The position numbers and the translations under genes are program-made. Source: Alphaproteobacteria bacterium (lineage in GTDB: Bacteria; Pseudomonadota; Alphaproteobacteria; SHVP01). Taken from it: a DNA stretch of 48,578 bases. The stretch is taken from positions 1 through 48,578 of the forward strand of contig JAPYRS010000002.1 of assembly GCA_029936875.1 (NCBI GenBank), in the 5' to 3' direction. Under the pieces are notes generated by a model that had not been told where the DNA came from, ran no database searches, and saw only the letters and a program-made list of their open reading frames with translations. The first letter of the stretch is position 1. Every line of letters begins with the position of its first letter. Shown in pieces: positions 45,560-48,578 of the stretch.

Positions 45560-45704
45560 ATAACGGGAACATTGATTGACCGGGGCCCCCGGCCCGGCCT
45601 ATCATGAGAGTGCGCGCTTGGCCCATCTCGACCTATTGATGTCGCCAAAATCGTGTGCCGCTGCCCCTCGATTTTCATTTTTTTCAGTCCGGAGGCCGTT
45701 TGCC

Positions 45705-48005
45705 ATGCCCACCATTGCCCCTATCTCCCAGCAAATCTGGGACATGAAATATCGCCTCAAAGGGCCGGATGGGGAACCCGTAGACCGCACCATCGAGGAC
45801 ACCTGGAAGCGGGTAGCTTCGGCGCTGGCGGCACCGGAAGCCGAGCCGGAAAAATGGGAGGGCGTGTTTTATGACGCGCTCGACAATTTCAAGTTTCTCC
45901 CGGCCGGGCGGATTATTGCCGGGGCCGGAACCGAGCGGACGGTGACGCTGTTCAACTGCTTCGTCATGGGCACGGTGCCCGACGACATGGGCGGCATATT
46001 TGAAAACCTGAAAGAGGCGGCCCTCACCATGCAGCAGGGCGGCGGCATCGGTTACGATTTTTCGACGCTCCGCCCCAATGGTGCGCGCGTCCACGGCGTC
46101 GGTGCCGATGCGTCCGGGCCGCTCACCTTCATGGATGTGTGGGACGCGATGTGCCGGACCATCATGAGTGCGGGGCACAGGCGCGGCGCGATGATGGCGA
46201 CGCTGCGTTGTGATCACCCGGATATCGAAGCCTTCATTGAAGCCAAGCGCGAACCCGGCCGCCTCCGCATGTTTAATCTTTCGGTGCTGGTGACCGCCGA
46301 TTTCATGGCCGCGGTAAAAGAGGACGCGAGCTGGGACCTTGTTTTCAACGGCACTGTCCACCGGACCATGTCTGCGCGCGATCTCTGGGATCAGATCATG
46401 CGGGCGACCTACGCGTTTGCCGAACCGGGCGTGATTTTTATCGACCGCATCAACCGGCTTAACCCGCTTTCGTACGTGGAAACCATTGCCGCCACCAACC
46501 CGTGCGGCGAGCAGCCGCTGCCGCCCTACGGCGCCTGCCTTTTAGGATCAATTAATCTCGCGCGTCTGGTAGAACGGCCTTTCGAGGATGGTGCCGAACT
46601 CGACGTGGCCGCGCTTGAGGATCTGGTGCGGGTCGCGGTCCGCATGCTCGACAACGCGATTGATGCGTCCGAATTCCCGTTAGACGCACAGGCGCACGAG
46701 GCCAAGGCGAAACGCCGGATCGGCCTTGGTGTCACGGGATTGGCCGACGCGCTGATCATGTGCGGCATTCGTTATGGATCGTCGACCGGCGTAGCAACGG
46801 CAAAACGCTGGATGGCGGCATTGGAACGGTCGGCGTACCTCGCGTCCGCGCAACTGGCCGAAGAAAAAGGCGTGTTCCCGTTATTTGAAGTGGGTCCGTA
46901 TCTCGCCGGTGAAGGCGTCGCTCGGCTCGATGATGATGTGAAGCGCGCCATTGAAACGCACGGCTTGCGGAACGGCCTGCTGACGTCGGTCGCGCCGACC
47001 GGCACCATTTCGATTTTGGCCGACAATGTATCGTCGGGGTTGGAACCTGTGTTCAGCTTTTCCTATACCCGCAGCGTGCTAATGCCGGACGGCAGCCACA
47101 AGGACGAGAGCGTGACGGACTATGCGCTTCGTCTGTTCCGGAAACTAAAGGGCCCGAATACGGTGCTGCCCGATGCCTTTGTCGATTCGCAAGGCCTCTC
47201 GCCGTCTGATCACGTACGGATGCAGGCAGCCGTTCAGGCCCATGTCGATTCGGCCGTTTCCAAAACCGTCAATTGCCCCGAAGACATTCCGTTTGGTGAA
47301 TTCAAAGACATTTACGTGCAGGCGTTTGATTTGGGGTGCAAGGGCATCACCACTTACCGGCCAAACGATATTACCGGTTCGGTACTGCGGCGCGACGACG
47401 AAGAAGCAGACGAAGGCCAGGAGGAATTACCGCTGTCGAAACCGGAATCCCGCCCGGCCGACATGTATGACGCGGGCGGCGTTGTTTACATGACGGCTCC
47501 CTTGGATCGCCCCGGCGTATTGCCCGGCAATACCTACAAAGTGCGCTGGCCAGACAGCGACCACGCCATTTACATCACCATCAACGATGTCATTCAGGAT
47601 AGCCGCAGGCGGCCGTTCGAAGTGTTCATTAACTCCAAGAACATGGAACATTACGCCTGGACCGTGGCATTGACGCGGATGATTTCAGCCGTGTTTAGGC
47701 GCGGCGGCGACGTCTCGTTTGTGGTCGAGGAATTGAAGGCCGTGTTCGATCCGCGCGGCGGCCAATGGATGGACGGTCACTACGTGCCGTCACTGCTGGC
47801 GGCAATCGGCGAGGTGATCGAAAAACATCTGGTCGAAATTGGCTTCATGAGCAAGGGCGACGCGCCCAGATATGATGCCCTCGAAAAGGCAGTCGGCGAC
47901 GACACCGTACGGCTTCGGTCTTGTCCGAAATGCAGCCAACCCGCGCTACTGCGCCAGGAAAACTGCGACACCTGCACCAGCTGCGGCTATTCGAAGTGCG
48001 GTTAG
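45705..48005 (+). CDS. nrdJ: Adenosylcobalamin-dependent (class II) ribonucleotide reductase
   Basis: GGAGG 9 nt upstream of the ATG at 45705. NPCGEQPLPPYGACLLGSINL active-site block, SVAPTGTIS, C-terminal CxxC...CxxC zinc ribbon. Confidence 0.9.
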   Translation: MPTIAPISQQIWDMKYRLKGPDGEPVDRTIEDTWKRVASALAAPEAEPEKWEGVFYDALDNFKFLPAGRIIAGAGTERTVTLFNCFVMGTVPDDMGGIFENLKEAALTMQQGGGIGYDFSTLRPNGARVHGVGADASGPLTFMDVWDAMCRTIMSAGHRRGAMMATLRCDHPDIEAFIEAKREPGRLRMFNLSVLVTADFMAAVKEDASWDLVFNGTVHRTMSARDLWDQIMRATYAFAEPGVIFIDRINRLNPLSYVETIAATNPCGEQPLPPYGACLLGSINLARLVERPFEDGAELDVAALEDLVRVAVRMLDNAIDASEFPLDAQAHEAKAKRRIGLGVTGLADALIMCGIRYGSSTGVATAKRWMAALERSAYLASAQLAEEKGVFPLFEVGPYLAGEGVARLDDDVKRAIETHGLRNGLLTSVAPTGTISILADNVSSGLEPVFSFSYTRSVLMPDGSHKDESVTDYALRLFRKLKGPNTVLPDAFVDSQGLSPSDHVRMQAAVQAHVDSAVSKTVNCPEDIPFGEFKDIYVQAFDLGCKGITTYRPNDITGSVLRRDDEEADEGQEELPLSKPESRPADMYDAGGVVYMTAPLDRPGVLPGNTYKVRWPDSDHAIYITINDVIQDSRRRPFEVFINSKNMEHYAWTVALTRMISAVFRRGGDVSFVVEELKAVFDPRGGQWMDGHYVPSLLAAIGEVIEKHLVEIGFMSKGDAPRYDALEKAVGDDTVRLRSCPKCSQPALLRQENCDTCTSCGYSKCG

Positions 48006-48084
48006 GGAACAAAGACACATGACATCTGCGCTCCAAAGCAATCTAGGTTCAACGCTCTTTAAGGCGTGGGAGGCCTATGAGTAG

Positions 48085-48578
48085 CGGCACGCCTCGACAA
48101 TTCTTCGACAGGACTTTCCGAAGGAATGGAAGGACATAAAGGATCTACTAGAAGGCTTTGATCTAAGAAAATCTGAAATTGAAGTTGGCGGAGGAAGCAA
48201 ATCTCCTGTCGCAAAAAAGATTGATTCCTTCCTTTATGATCGCAATTGGATCGAAAAATCGTTTGAAGTCGAACTCGATGTCGATGGAACAAAATATCCT
48301 TCACCCACACATCTGATCGATTGCTACCGAAATCGCGTCGGACTAGAAGTTGAATGGAACAATAAAGATCCGTTCTATGACAGAGACCTCAATAATTTTC
48401 GACTACTTCACTCCATGGATGTCCTAAGTGTTGGTATAATCATCACTCGCTCTTCGGAATTTCAGGAAATATTCAAAGCTATTGGTCGAGGATCTTCGTT
48501 TGGCGGAACCACAACGCATATGAATAAGCTACTTCCGAAAATTGAGGGAGGCGGTGCAGGTGGTTGTCCGCTGTTGAT
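48085..48578 (+). CDS. BglII/BstYI-family type II restriction endonuclease (3' end cut by window edge, 5' end disrupted)
   Basis: D-x8-E-x-E core in IDCYRNRVGLEVEWNNKDPFYDRDLNNFRLLHS and VGIIITR resemble, from memory, BglII DFG...EVQFSNYPFLLNN...VAIIITK. The frame opens right after TAG 48082..48084 with no start codon. Confidence 0.7.

Noticed and set aside
45576-45704. 43-codon N-terminal extension of the nrdJ ORF.
   Set aside because: GGAGG lies 9 nt before the ATG at 45705, and the conserved N-terminus MPTIAPISQQIWDMKY starts there. The extension overlaps the predicted promoter.
45304-45704. Cobalamin riboswitch or NrdR boxes upstream of nrdJ.
   Set aside because: I could not find a B12-box-like element or the paired 16-bp NrdR palindromes. 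The only repeated motif is the DnaA box. A covariance-model scan would be needed to exclude them formally.

Overview
GC-rich, alphaproteobacterial-type chromosomal segment with about 57 protein genes and one tRNA-Leu(CAA). I found no rRNA, CRISPR array, transposase or integrase. The left third (1-16.3 kb, mostly minus strand) looks accessory. It holds an ABC-2 exporter, an SDR, a ThDP-dependent enzyme, two paralogous luciferase-like monooxygenases interleaved with alpha/beta hydrolases, OsmC, and an RND pump whose periplasmic adaptor carries four EF-hand loops. The rest is mostly conserved housekeeping synteny: ArsR/SRPBCC cluster, yqaA-dsbB-coq7, gluQ, PduO-etfBA-hbd, argH-lipoprotein-lysA-TIGR02302, hpt, ftsEX-HAD-ydcF-plsC, nrdJ. 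Two visibly A+T-richer islets flank nrdJ. One holds a GH24/pesticin-like muramidase convergent with a secreted protein; the other holds a BglII-family restriction endonuclease cut by the window edge. Points worth a second look: (1) the EF-hand/RND adaptor fusion; (2) a Cro/YdaS-like HTH module fused in frame to ArgH, with an operator-like repeat set and an apparently leaderless promoter; (3) a cluster of DnaA boxes upstream of nrdJ; (4) a recurring pattern of short (8-28 bp period) tandem duplications that reiterate gene 3' ends including the stop codon, or whole stop/start junctions; (5) several genes broken by single-base indels or in-frame stops, three of the indels sitting in homopolymer runs, so either real decay or assembly error; (6) an 11-bp-phased TTGAC repeat array in the etfBA promoter. 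All family calls rest on motif recognition by eye and no database search was possible.
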